Origin: Octopus sinensis
Lineage: Eukaryota
Length of the DNA: 64,000 nt
Direction of reading: 5' to 3'
Assembly (NCBI RefSeq): GCF_006345805.1
Contig: NC_042999.1
Coordinates: forward strand, 1,674,001 to 1,738,000
Shown piece after piece: positions 1 to 11,310 of this stretch. Position 1 is the stretch's first letter; each line of letters opens with the position of its first letter. A program made the position numbers and the translations under genes. The notes beneath the pieces are model-generated. The model worked only from the letters and a program-made list of their open reading frames with translations, was not told where the DNA came from and made no database searches.

Positions 1-363
1 ACAGAAGATTAGAGTTTAAGTGTCAACCGTTTGTTACATGGGAGACGATGAAGAGATTTTCCCATAAACGCTGCCGACAGCATACTTTGGATCTGAAACT
101 TCTAGGGTATTATGAAGATTAAGAGATAAAGATTTCGTAAGAATCCAAACATATTTCGCTAGAGCAGTTGCAAATTTTCTTTCATGGCTAACTTAACTTT
201 TATACGATTATTCAACTCTGCCTCAAGCTGATTACAACATCAGACGTTTATTTTAAATGTATAGCTTTCCCAAAAATTAGAAAAATATCCGCAAAAAATG
301 TGATTCTTCTTCCCTTAACTCACATATATGAATATTGATACACATGCATACAATATATATGAA

Positions 364-596
364 TGGGGCGAGCTGGCAGAAATGTTAGCACGCTGAGCGA
401 AATGCTTAGCGGTGTTTCGTCTGTCTTTATGTTCTGAGTTCGAATTCCGCTGAGGTCGACTTTGCCTTTCATCCTTTCAGGGTCGATAAAATAAGTACCA
501 GTTATGCACTGAGGTCGATGTATTCGACTTAATCTCTTTGTCTGTCCTTGTTTGTCCACTCTAGGGTTCACCCCTAAGTGGGCAATAAAGATATAA
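364..596 (+). mobile_element. tRNA-derived SINE family B (tail type 1)
   Basis: A-box-like TGGCAGAAATGTTAG, B-box GAGTTCGAATTCC, body gtcgactttgcctttcatcctttc..gtcgataaaataagtaccagt; many similar copies in window. Confidence 0.85.
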
Positions 597-668
597 ATAT
601 ATATGAATGCATCTATCTATTTACTATTTATCTATCTATCTAACCATTCATCTTATATATACACATAT

Positions 669-812
669 GTTCTTTTATTGTTTTACTTGTTTCAATCATT
701 TGACTATTGCCATGCTGGAGCACAGCGTTAAAGTGTTGTAGCTGTCGAAACGGTAAGTTCACATCGGCATCGGTTGTCAAGCGATAACAGGGGGACAAAG
801 AGACAAATACAT
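669..812 (-). mobile_element. SINE family A, degenerate 3' part
   Basis: Reverse complement of the family A tail (ttacttgtttcaatcatttgact..gccatgctggagcac; catcggttgtcaagcgat). Confidence 0.6.
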
Positions 813-823
813 GTGCACATAAG

Positions 824-1180
<357 letters not shown>

Positions 1181-1189
1181 ATGCATCTA

Positions 1190-1735
1190 TGGGTACAGGA
1201 CGTCACCTATGGTGCAAATAACATGAAATATGCAAGCAAACGAGGGAAAAAACAAGTGAAATAAGTAAACAATGAGGAAAAAATGGAGAACAGGACAAGT
1301 AAACATAGAGGAAAGACCGTTCATCAGTTGTTGACTGTCTATCTACTCCTCATTTCGAGCATTCAACGACAATATGAGTCTTCAAAGGCAACTGCTCCCA
1401 TAAATTCTAAAATAAAATTTAGGATTTGTGGAGGATCAAAGTTGGGAACAAAAAAAAAAGACAGTGGAGACATACAAGGCAAACGAAGAAAAACAGATAT
1501 GGAGGGTCGAGAGACCAGAACGAGAGGAAAATAGTGAACGGTAGGAGAAACATTTTTTGAATGTTTTTTTTGAAAGGAGAAAGAGGGGAGTGAGAGACAG
1601 AGAGAAAACGGTAAATGAGGGAGGGGAAAAAGGGAATTAGAGAAGGAAGGAGGAAGAAAACAGTTTAGAGTAGAGAGTCGCATCAAAAAGGTGAAGATAA
1701 ACTTACTAGGAAATGGATGCGTGGCGTTCAATTAA
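1190..1735. mobile_element. Unclassified interspersed repeat; left part related to 2355-2450
   Basis: caggacgtcacc..gcaaataacatgaaata..gagggaaaaa occurs at 1195-1260 and 2368-2425. Confidence 0.4.
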
Positions 1736-1767
1736 ACAATAAATAATATAATATATATATATATAAG

Positions 1768-1971
1768 AATGTTTAAGTAGTCGAATGAATTATCCTAGTA
1801 TGGATAATTCGGTTAACCGATACCCGGGTAGCAAATTTACGTCAGAAAGCACGGTAGAAGCTACATGCCAAGGGCAGAAATCACGTGCTTTCGTGGGGGA
1901 ATTTGTGTGTTTTTTTACTATAAATAAATGAAAGAATGGAGTCGAACGACGATTTAACAAAATTCCTTTAT
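1768..1971 (-). mobile_element. Solo copy of the Penelope-like unit of 28514-29665, lacking the hammerhead
   Basis: Aligns by eye to 28514-28717 (tttaagtag..ggataattcggttaaccgatacc..gatttaacaaaattcctttat); (TA)n on both sides. Confidence 0.85.
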
Positions 1972-2108
1972 ATATATATATCACCGTCACCGGTGATATA
2001 TCACCGTAACCGACCAGGCTATCAGATGTTGCTACACATCGCTGGTCACAATGCGCTTCGCATTGTTTTAGCCTTGGAATGAAGCCACCCCGCTGGCTAA
2101 GTGAGCAG

Positions 2109-2195
<87 letters not shown>

Positions 2196-2942
2196 TTATC
2201 TAGTTTCAGCTCACGAATATATATATACATACATATATATATATATACATATATATATTATTTTATCTAGTTTCAGCTCACGAGCTGTGGCCATGCTGGA
2301 GCACTGCCATTTATATATAATATTGATAAATAATATATAGTATACATATACATATGCAGGTAAGGAGACAGGACGTCACCAACGACGCAAATAACATGAA
2401 ATACATAAACAAATGAGGGAAAAATGAATGAAATACGTAAACAACAAGAGCCGATTGCCCTAACCACTAAGCCACGTTCCCTCTATACAATTAAATATAC
2501 AATAAACACTAAGTTAAAATACTCACAAAACCTCATAATAAATAAACGAGCAGTTACCACGAACCTAAATTTTTCATCTCTGCTGAGATTCCAAGAATAA
2601 ATTCTTCTGTAACTCAAAGATTTGGTTCCATTGAATTGATTATATCCTTCTATGACAAATGTTTTCTCCTTCCAATAATGTAAGAAATCAATTTAAATAC
2701 CTACCAATTAGCTCTACTAATTCCTAACGATGTTTGCTAAGAAACGGTCAATTGTTAAAAGAAAACTCTTTCCTGTCAACCAAGAATATCTTCACAAGAA
2801 ATATTGATTTTAAATTTTGATCCAAGACCAGCAGTTTTGGGGAAGGAAGCTAATCGATTACATCTACCCCAGTTCTCAACGAATACTTCTTTTATCGACC
2901 CCAAAAGGATGAATGGCATTGTCGACATCTGCAGAATTTGAA

Positions 2943-2996
2943 TTGCCTCAATAGGTCTTCGCACAAAACTCTGCTTGCGAAGACCTATTTGGGCAA
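2943..2996. repeat. Inverted repeat: 14-bp perfect stem, extendable to about 21 bp, 12-nt loop
   Basis: aataggtcttcgca (2950-2963) / tgcgaagacctatt (2976-2989); outer ttgcc/ggcaa. Confidence 0.85.
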
Positions 2997-3530
2997 GTGA
3001 AATCAAAATCAAAATTAAATTCGATGACTGGCATCCGTGCTAGCGAGGTGCAGAGAGCACCATAGGAGTGTGATTGTTGACAAAGCGACTAACCGGTTTC
3101 CGTGCCAGTGGCACATAAAAGGCACCATTCGAGTGTGATTGTTACCAGCGTCGCCTTACTGGCACATGTGCCCCATGCTAGAAGGGTGCCAAGAGCACCA
3201 TCTGAGCATTATCCTTGCCAGAGCGGCTAACTGGCTTTCATGTAGGTGGCACGTAAAAGGCACCATTCCGTGTGATTGTTACCAGCGTCGCCTTACTGGC
3301 ACCTGTGTCGGTGGCACGTGTAAAAAGATCCGAGCTAGGTCGTTACCAGTGCCGCCTGGCTGGCCCCCATGCTGGTGGCACATAAAAAGCACCCACTACA
3401 CTCTCGAAGTGGTTGGCGTTAGGAAGGGCATCCAGCTGTAGAAACTCTGCCAGATCAAGATTGGAGCCTGGTGCAGCCATCTGGTTCGCCAGCATGGAAA
3501 GCGGACGTTAAACGATGATGATGATGATGA
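2995..3530 (+). mobile_element. Family C non-autonomous retroposon (RTE-like) with about 63-bp internal tandem units and (GAT)n tail
   Basis: Repeated gtgcc.gtggcacrtaaaa.gcacc units, ggcgttaggaagggcatccagc motif, tail ggaaagcggacgttaaacgatgatg; RTE affinity is inference. Confidence 0.75.
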
Positions 3531-3532
3531 AT

Positions 3533-3636
3533 ACTAGGCTTACAAGGAATAAGTCCTTGGGTTGATTTGTTTGACTAAGGGAGGTGCTCCAGCATGGGTG
3601 CAGTCAAATGAGTAAAACATGTAAAAGAATAAAAGA
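3533..3636 (+). mobile_element. SINE family A, 3' fragment
   Basis: tactaggcttacaaggaataagtcc..gtgctccagcatgg..cagtcaaatga. Confidence 0.7.
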
Positions 3637-4689
3637 AAAATCATAATTTCATAACTAAATATTAATAGGACCCCTAAAGGTCATAAGGACACTAGTTGAG
3701 AACCACTGCACTAAAAGAAAAGGAGAACATTGTATGACTGGAAGAAGGGGTGGATAAGATAGAATCAAGAGAAGAAGGCACACAATGTTTGACTGGCTGT
3801 GGTCACCTGAGTGAGGACACCAACCATGCTGCAGTTTAATTATTAAAACCATTAAAAAACTATGTTTTGTAAGTTGATATTTGTGTATACTTTGATGCTG
3901 GTAAATCTTTTATCTCCTCTTCTAGTAGGAACAATTCCATAATTAGTTATTAATAAAATAACATCGGTTGCCAATTATTTTTTACAATGTTCTTAACTAA
4001 TTACAAGAAAAATAATGCATGTTTTTGCATATATTTTAATACGAAATGTTTTGTTATTGATGAACACTGTATGATTTTAAAATGGCAAAAAAATTACTAT
4101 GGTTAGGTATTCAGAATTTGTAAGAAATTTTACAAAATATCTTGTTTATAAAACGAAATTAGTTTGGCTTTGTGTTACCTTAGTGACACACACAGTCATA
4201 AAAACTCTCTTTTTTTCTCTCCCATTCTTCGTACTTTTTTTAATTTGTCTTCCTCTATGAAATGGTTCTTCTTTCTAATGAATATATATTTTCTGTGTGC
4301 CCATGTTTGTAACATTACATTATTTGGTTAATATTTCGTCATCAAATGTAATAATGATTTACCACGCCATTTCTTTCAAATGATCTTTTTGGAATTTATT
4401 TCTCATTAGTACCTTGTAGAGAGTTAAAGATCAAATTTGAAAGTTTTAGAATACTTTATTTTTTCATTCACCTTCTTCATAAATAAATAAACACCTTCGT
4501 TACAGAGAATGAGACAAATATATTTCAATGTTTTCCACTGAAGAATTTCATTGAAACTGCTAACATTTAATTTGGTTAGATGTCACCAACAGCCAAAGGT
4601 TGTCTTTTAGGCAGTAAACAGTGAAGAACATCTTCAGAGTTTTAATTATTGATTCAGAATGAGGTAGAACTAGTTCCTATCATTAATAT

Positions 4690-4972
4690 CATATTTTAAT
4701 ATCATTTACGTGATATGTTATATTCCTTCTCCTATTTTCCATTGAGTTAAGTTTACTTTTTTCTAAAATGTGACCTCGTGTGTACCGTTGGCGATTTTTT
4801 TCCCTCTGTCTTCCCTTCTCTGGATCTTTCCTTCTCCTATGTTTCTGACGAAGAGCTCCGCTCGAAACGTTTAAACTCTCTTTCTTTCCTTCTTTCCTGA
4901 GCATCCAGTAATACTATATTTGTTCCACGTCCTCGTGTTGTGTTTTTTTTGTGCTTTCCTGTTTGGATTAAC

Positions 4973-4975
<3 letters not shown>
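4690..4975 (+). mobile_element. Penelope-like terminal-repeat fragment carrying a minimal HHR
   Basis: HHR at 4841-4876; 3' part recurs at 10700-10800; ends in a (TA)/(TG) microsatellite. Confidence 0.55.
4841..4876 (+). ncRNA. Minimal type I hammerhead ribozyme motif
   Basis: gttt-CTGACGA-A-GAGC(tcc)GCTC-GAAAC-GTT-t-aaac: full core, 4-bp stem II, loop-less palindromic stem III (AAACGTTT), stem I gttt/aaac with one extra T. Confidence 0.65.
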
Positions 4976-5022
<47 letters not shown>

Positions 5023-5051
5023 TATATACCTTTTATCATTAATTAATAAAT

Positions 5052-5315
5052 CTTAGGGTAGCAAAAAATTTTTAGAAAAATTCTTTGCTGTCAGTGGTTT
5101 AGCGAGAAGGAAAAATTAGTCAATAGACTATATATTATTCATAGAAAAATACAATGTGATTGCCGAAACTATGCATAGTCCAGGAAAGATAGGGTAAATG
5201 TTTTTATTTTTCATTCCCTTTCAGAATTTCAACTATTAGTGGTTTGGAGTTTAACTGCTCTTTCTAGTGAGTCAGATATCCTATTATGGTCATCTCTTAT
5301 GTACTTAAATGTACA
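5052..5315 (+). mobile_element. Unclassified TA-flanked repeat (also 10830-10980 plus, 29690-29812 minus)
   Basis: Shared agggtaaa..tttttattt..cagaatt..actattagtggttt.gagtttaactgctctttctagtg. Confidence 0.6.
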
Positions 5316-5323
5316 CTATTATA

Positions 5324-5634
5324 TGGCACGTAAAAAGCACCATCCGTTCGTGGCCATTGCCAGCCTTGCCTGGCCCCCGTGCCGGTGGCACATAAAAAGC
5401 ACCATCCGATCGTGGCCGTTTGCCAGACCCGTCTGGCACCTGTGCCGGTGGCACGTAAAAAGCACCCACTACATTCATGGAGTGGTTGGCGTTAGGAAGG
5501 GCATCCAGCCGTAGAAACATTGCCAGATCAGACTGGGCCTGGTGCAGCCTTCTGGCTTTCCAGACCCCAGTTGAACCGTCCAACCCATGCTATCATGGAA
5601 AGCGGATGCTAAACGATGATGATGATGATGATGA

Positions 5635-5638
<4 letters not shown>
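5324..5638 (+). mobile_element. Family C, 5'-truncated
   Basis: Three units at about 63-bp period plus (GAT)n tail. Confidence 0.8.
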
Positions 5639-5690
<52 letters not shown>

Positions 5691-5835
5691 TCTTTTGATG
5701 GGGTTTGTGTTCAGAAGATGTGTAGCCTGGTAGTTAGGAATGTTAAAGTTAAAATCATTAGGTCTTGGGTTCAAATTTTAAACCAGATGCTGCATTATGT
5801 CCTTGAGTAGTGTACTTCATTTAACATTGTTTTAA

Positions 5836-6910
5836 CCCTTTCGTTACCAAACCGCCCAAAGCCGCCCGAATTTACCTATTCACATTTAAATGAGAATATC
5901 AGAGCAAATCTCTTTAGTACATTCGTGAAAACATGTGATTATACTTCGTAAACAGTTCATCTACAGTTTTGTACAAAGATCGACGTGTAATTTTAATTCC
6001 CTGAATTTTGGGAGATTTTTTTCCACATTTTTTTCGGCATCGATTTTTCTTCAACTTTGAAAATGGATAGGAGTTTCATGTTATCAAGCATTGATTCCGA
6101 ATTGGAGAAAATTTGTGAAACAAATACTGGGTACTGTTGTGGATTTAGTTTTTATACAGGGAAACTAATGTTAGTCAGCATGGCTTAGGGTATGATGTGG
6201 TCTGGAAGTTATTGTTTGAAGCGATCAATGCGGAAACAAACTTCCGCTGAATGTAAACAAACACAAAATTGGGGTTCAAATTTCGGAAAATTTGTGAAGC
6301 AAATACTGAGTACTGCGTGGATTTAGTTTTTATACAGGGAAAATAATGTTAGTCAGCATGGCCTAGGGAACGATGTGGTCTGGAATTTATCACTGCCATA
6401 CCATAACCAGGGCCGTATATTATTTTTTGACCGATTTCTTTAGTTCGGTCAAACTTACGGTGGATTCCAGTATTTCACTTTATTCCACCTTTATGGTACA
6501 CCTGTTGTGCATTAAATTCAACTGATGATATAGTGATGTGCACAATTCTTCTTTATCAAAATTTTGTTGCATACCCATTTGAATATTAGCTGATGATTCA
6601 TTTTCTATGGTGATGTTTGAACAAAATTTTAATATTTTTACCTTTTGCTCAATTTAAAATTTTAATATTGTTACCTTTTGCTCAATTTACCTGGATTTAC
6701 CTGTAATTAAAGTCACTTTGAGACAAAAGTTATGCAATAGAATTGATTAAGAACCCTTTCTTTAATTATGTTCCAAATATCACATTAAAATGTTGATAAG
6801 TAAAAAAGTTACAGTTATTTAATGAAACAAGCCTAGATTCATGATTATTTTAGAATTTAATTGAAACTCATGAGGGGTGTATTTTGGTCAGAAATATAGT
6901 AACGAAAGGG
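5836..6910 (+). mobile_element. Internally deleted piggyBac-superfamily DNA transposon
   Basis: TTAA (5832-5835)-CCCTTTCGTTAC ... GTAACGAAAGGG-TTAA (6911-6914): perfect 12-bp TIR with TTAA TSD; transposase remnant inside. Confidence 0.85.
6105..6465 (+). pseudogene. piggyBac transposase DDD-core remnant, frameshifted and partly duplicated
   Basis: KICETNTGYCCGFSFYTGK and TKLGFKFRKICEANTEYC..FYTGK..HGLGNDVVWNLSLPYHNQGRILFFDRF..SSVKL match the piggyBac K-W-G-x-K..GY..YxGK..DxxFxS pattern. Confidence 0.75.
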
Positions 6911-7526
6911 TTAATGTACTTAAATGAAACTGAGTACCGACCACATTCTGGTGCAGCCTTCATTCCCTCTCTTTCCCTCTCACTCTCTCTCATGTTCGCT
7001 CCACTTCTCATATTCTCCAGCAGTCACCATCGTAGACATTCAACCAGATCTTGGAAGGGAGGGCCAAGTGAGTACCTATGACTGCTTATGACCTACATCT
7101 CTAAAGCAATTAAAGAAAGCATGGTAAAAGCTATCAAATCATATTCACTTCAAAGAGATAAAAAAAATACTTTCAGAAAATAGTAATTATCTCCCAATAC
7201 TTGCATTTTATTTCATAGAAATTATAAGGTAAGAGTTCAAATACAGTTAAAGTATTTATCATGTAGTTCATATTTTCCATCCTCCAAAGAATCGTAATTC
7301 CATATCTGAATATCTCACCGACAAAGTATATATCCAATTAACTTTACACAAACATGACTAGTGGAAATTTCATGTGATTCACTAGTGAATAGAAGTCCAT
7401 AAAACCAATTTAATCACTTAATTCCATTCAATTCAAAAATAAAACCATTTTCGTAAACACAAGTCAAAGACTATAACCGTTCTTGGAAATTTGGTCACAT
7501 ACAGAGTAGTGTTGCTGTTTGGTAAA

Positions 7527-7926
7527 TCTTTATAAATAAAAGAGAAGTTGTGTGTCTGTCTGTCTCCTACGATTTAGATTCCTAACTACTCCCACATTTT
7601 GCGGTGCAGTGTAACCAAAAGCGGGTATCTTATAGTTGTGATTCATATCGAGCCGTTTCTGGGTATTAGCGCGCGCCTACGATGAGTCTGCGATTTAAAA
7701 AAAAATTTACCATCATTTTTTCCCATTTTTAATGCATTTTTTAGTTATTATATAAGGGAAGTAACTCTCTAAAAATGTATTATTAAATCTCAGAACGTAA
7801 AAAGCTACAGAAACATCCCCCTTTGTGGTTAGCCATATTGAGATGGCTATTATACTTTACATCTCTAAAAATGCTTATATAGTTATTTCCCTTACAAACC
7901 CGAGCAACGCCAGGCGATGCTGCAAG
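7527..7926 (+). mobile_element. Non-autonomous Helitron-like element
   Basis: A|TCTTTATAAATAAAA 5' end; 3' cccgagcaacgccagg hairpin then ctgcaag|T (degenerate CTAG); sits between A and T. Confidence 0.65.
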
Positions 7927-7958
7927 TTAATAATAATAATGAAATTATTGTGTAACAT

Positions 7959-8132
7959 AGGCGCAGGAGTGGCTGTGTGGTAAGTAGCTTGCTTACGAAC
8001 CACATGGTTCCAGGTTCAGTCCCACTGCGTGGCACATTAGGAAAATCTCTTCTACTATAGCCTCAGACTGACCAAAGCCTTGTGAGTGGATTTGGTAGAT
8101 GGAAACTGAAAGAAGCCCGTTGTATATATGTG

Positions 8133-8186
<54 letters not shown>

Positions 8187-8378
8187 TCTCCCAATATCAC
8201 TTGGCAACCGATGCTGGTGTGTTTACGTCCCTGTAACTTAGTGGTTCATCAAAAGAGACTGCTAGAATAAGTACTAGGCGTATAGAGAATAACTCCTAGG
8301 GTTGATTTGCTCGACTAAAGGCGGTGCTCCAGCATGGCCACAGTCAAATGACTGAAACAAGTAAAAGAGTAAAGAGTA
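7959..8378 (+). mobile_element. SINE family A, full length (tRNA head, CORE-like block, internal microsatellite, tail)
   Basis: TGGCTGTGTGGTAA A-box, GGTTCAGTCCC B-box, internal (TA)(TG)n, tail gaaacaagtaaaagagt. Confidence 0.85.
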
Positions 8379-8831
8379 TAGTTATCAGGTGCTTTATTGT
8401 TCCAGTGTATTTGCTTTTCACAGATTTTAATACATGTCAGAAATGCTTAAGAAATTTAGCTGTGAAAAATAAATGTCACCAGGAAATATTCAACAAAATG
8501 TGTGCATTTACGCACATTTATATACTTTCTTCACAATGTGTACATGAGTTTATCTGTATACGAAGGTATTCCATTTCAGCATTGGGCCTCACAGAGGCCA
8601 ATGATTGAGATCTTTGGTGTTATGTTGTGCTTGAGAAGAAGACCCATCAAGCTGAGGAAAATCACTGGCAAGCTTGAATGTCAACAGAGGAAAATGTAAA
8701 ATAGAGCTACAAGATGAAATGCAATGATGTTAACAGAACATGTGTTTATAATGCAATGAAAAATTCCTGTCTAAATACTGCTACCGGTATTTATTATCTA
8801 CGTAGGTATATATGTATGTATGTATCTATCT

Positions 8832-8871
<40 letters not shown>

Positions 8872-9029
8872 GCACACTTGTCAATGCCATGTATGCCATA
8901 AGGTCCGAAAATCTAATAGGGACCTCAAAAGACATTTTGAGATCCACAAGGATTAGAACTTAATCACAGTTCTTGGTGGACCAAATCAGATATGCAATCT
9001 ATCTGGATATCTTTACAATATATTGTCTA

Positions 9030-9268
9030 ATCAAAAGTGGTGAGCTGGCAGAAACGTTAGCAGGCGAAATGCTTAGTGATATTTTGTCTGACTATAAAGT
9101 CAGACAAAATATCACTAAGCATAAGTTCTGAGTTCAATTTCCGCTGAGGTCGACTTTGCCTTTCTTCCTCTCAGGGTCGATAAATTAAAAACTAGTTGCA
9201 TACTGGGCTCGATCTAATCAACTGGCCCCTCCGCAAAAATTTCTGGCCTTGTGCCTTGAGTAGAAAAG
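9030..9268 (+). mobile_element. SINE family B (tail type 2) with 13-bp TSD
   Basis: TSD aatatattgtcta at 9017-9029 and 9269-9281. Confidence 0.9.
9069..9122. repeat. Perfect 25-bp inverted repeat, 4-nt loop
   Basis: atgcttagtgatattttgtctgact-ataa-agtcagacaaaatatcactaagcat. Confidence 0.95.
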
Positions 9269-9613
9269 AATATATTGTCTAGTTAAAAAACCACATCAGA
9301 TGACATGATGGCTCTAAAGTGTAGGTACAAGAGGCGGTCAGAATCTACATAAGGAGTAGACAACCATCATACACATGCTTCGATGCATTTTTAATACACT
9401 CAGTACCCATTAATAAGCAAAATATCATCGTTAATACTATCATCCTATCTACGTTTATAAGTAGTGAAAAAATCAACTCCCAACTCATTCATATTATTGT
9501 CACCATATGCAAACTAAATGAAAGAAGTGTATTCTTTGTTTATATATAACATGCATTTAGATAACCAAATATTGTTACATACAAAATGAAAGTGAAGCAA
9601 AGCAAGCTGATAT

Positions 9614-10031
9614 TACTCTTTTTACTCTTTTACTTGTTTCAGTCATTTGACTGCGGCCATGCTGGAACACCACCTTTAATCGAGCAACTCGACCCCGGGA
9701 CTTATTCTTTTTTGTAAGCCCAGTACTTATTCTATCGGTCTCTTTTGCTGAACCGCTAAGTGACGGGGACATAAACACACCAGCATCTGTTGTCAAGCAA
9801 TGCTAGGGAGACAAACACAGACACACAAACATACATGCACACATATATATATATATATACATATATACGACGGGCTTCTTTTAGTTTCCGTCTACCAAAT
9901 CCACTCACAAGGCTTTCGTCGGCCCAAGGCTATAGTAGAAGACACTTGCCCAAGATGCCACACAGTGGGACTGAACCCGGAACCATGTGGTTGGTAAACA
10001 AGCTACTTACCACACAGCCACTCCTGCGCCT
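9614..10031 (-). mobile_element. SINE family A, full length
   Basis: Reverse complement of the family A head and tail. Confidence 0.85.
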
Positions 10032-10507
10032 ATGTATATATGTATATATTTAAAAGCGATGTAGTCTTAGTATTATTATGTGGAAAAGAAGAAAAAATGC
10101 TAAAAGTATATTTACCGTTGTTAAAGCAATGATATATTAATTCTAAGTACAAGAGTGGAAAGGTATGCAACAGGTGAAAATGTAAAATTTAAAGTACACA
10201 GCCCTAAGGTGAAATATTGTAATGTAGTTGTTAACAGAACATGCATCTGATGTTAACAAACAATGATGAATAAATGAAGAAATTTAACCAAAAAAGTCAT
10301 GGAACACAAGCTGTGATAATGTGTTAATCTTACTACGATAAATGTCTTAACAGAAAAGGTTGTCACCAAATGAAACAGGCTTAAAACAGATGCAAGAAGA
10401 AAACACACACTATACACACTATTGCAATGAAAGCTTCTGAATGGCTTATATCACACACAAATAGCAAATAGAGTTGTACAATATTTGATTATATAAATGC
10501 ATGTTAT

Positions 10508-10796
10508 AGGCGCAGGAGTGGCTGTGTGGTAAGTAGCTTGCTTACCAACCACATGATTCTGAGTTCAGTCCCACTGCGTGGCACCTTGGGCAAGTGTCTT
10601 CAACTATAGCATTGGGCTGACAAAAGCTTTGTGAGTGGATTTGGTAGATGGAAACTGAAAGAAGCCCTTCGTATATATGTATGTATATATATACATACAC
10701 ACATCTTCCCTTCTTTCCTGAGCGTCCAATAATACTTTATTTGTTCCATGTCCTCACATTGTTGTGTTTTTTTTTTTTGTGTTTTCTTGTTTGGAT

Positions 10797-10827
<31 letters not shown>

Positions 10828-11018
10828 CAATATCAGGGTAGCAAAAAAGATGATATGGGTAAATATTTTTATTTTCCTTTGATTTCTGAATTACTACTAT
10901 TTAGCGGTTTGAGTTTAGCTGCTCTTTCTAGTGGGTCGAATGTCATATCAAGGCCATTCCTTAATATTGTTGAACGTACATATATAAATATATATATATA
11001 TACATATATATATACATA

Positions 11019-11054
<36 letters not shown>

Positions 11055-11310
11055 TGTATGTATGTATGTATGTATGTGTGTGTATATATATATTTGTGTG
11101 TGTGTGTTTGTCCCCCTAACATCACTTGACAACTGATGCTGGTGTGTTTACGTCCCCATAACTTAGCAGTTCGGCAAAAGAGACCGATAGAATAAGTGCT
11201 AGGCTTACAAAGAATAAGTCCTGGGGTCGATTGGCTCAGCTAAAGGTGGTGCTCCAGCATGGCCACAGTCAAATGAATGAAACAAGTAAACGATAAAAAG
11301 ATTAAAAGAT
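10508..11310 (+). mobile_element. SINE family A interrupted at its internal (TA)n by an insertion (about 10700-10980)
   Basis: Head 10508-10675, tail 11095-11310; the insert matches 4890-4975 and 5052-5315. Confidence 0.8.

Larger units (their letters stand above)
8872..9375 (+). pseudogene. C2H2 zinc-finger-encoding 3' end of an RTE-like element, split by a SINE
   Basis: CHVCHKVRKSNRDLKRHFEIH (C-x2-C-x12-H-x3-H); homologous to the minus strand of 22860-23100 on both sides of the SINE. Confidence 0.65.

Noticed and set aside
3-122. 39-codon open frame at the window start (..FVTWETMKRFSH..)
   Set aside because: Too short, with no recognisable family.
1315-1395. CTGATGAA and GCTCGAAA half-motifs on the minus strand
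   Set aside because: Wrong order and spacing for one hammerhead; stems do not close.
3000-3530. Family C units as a CRISPR-like repeat-spacer array or twister ribozyme
   Set aside because: The spacers are homologous to each other, the element is a dispersed eukaryotic repeat, and the twister CCCAAGC loop and pseudoknots are missing.
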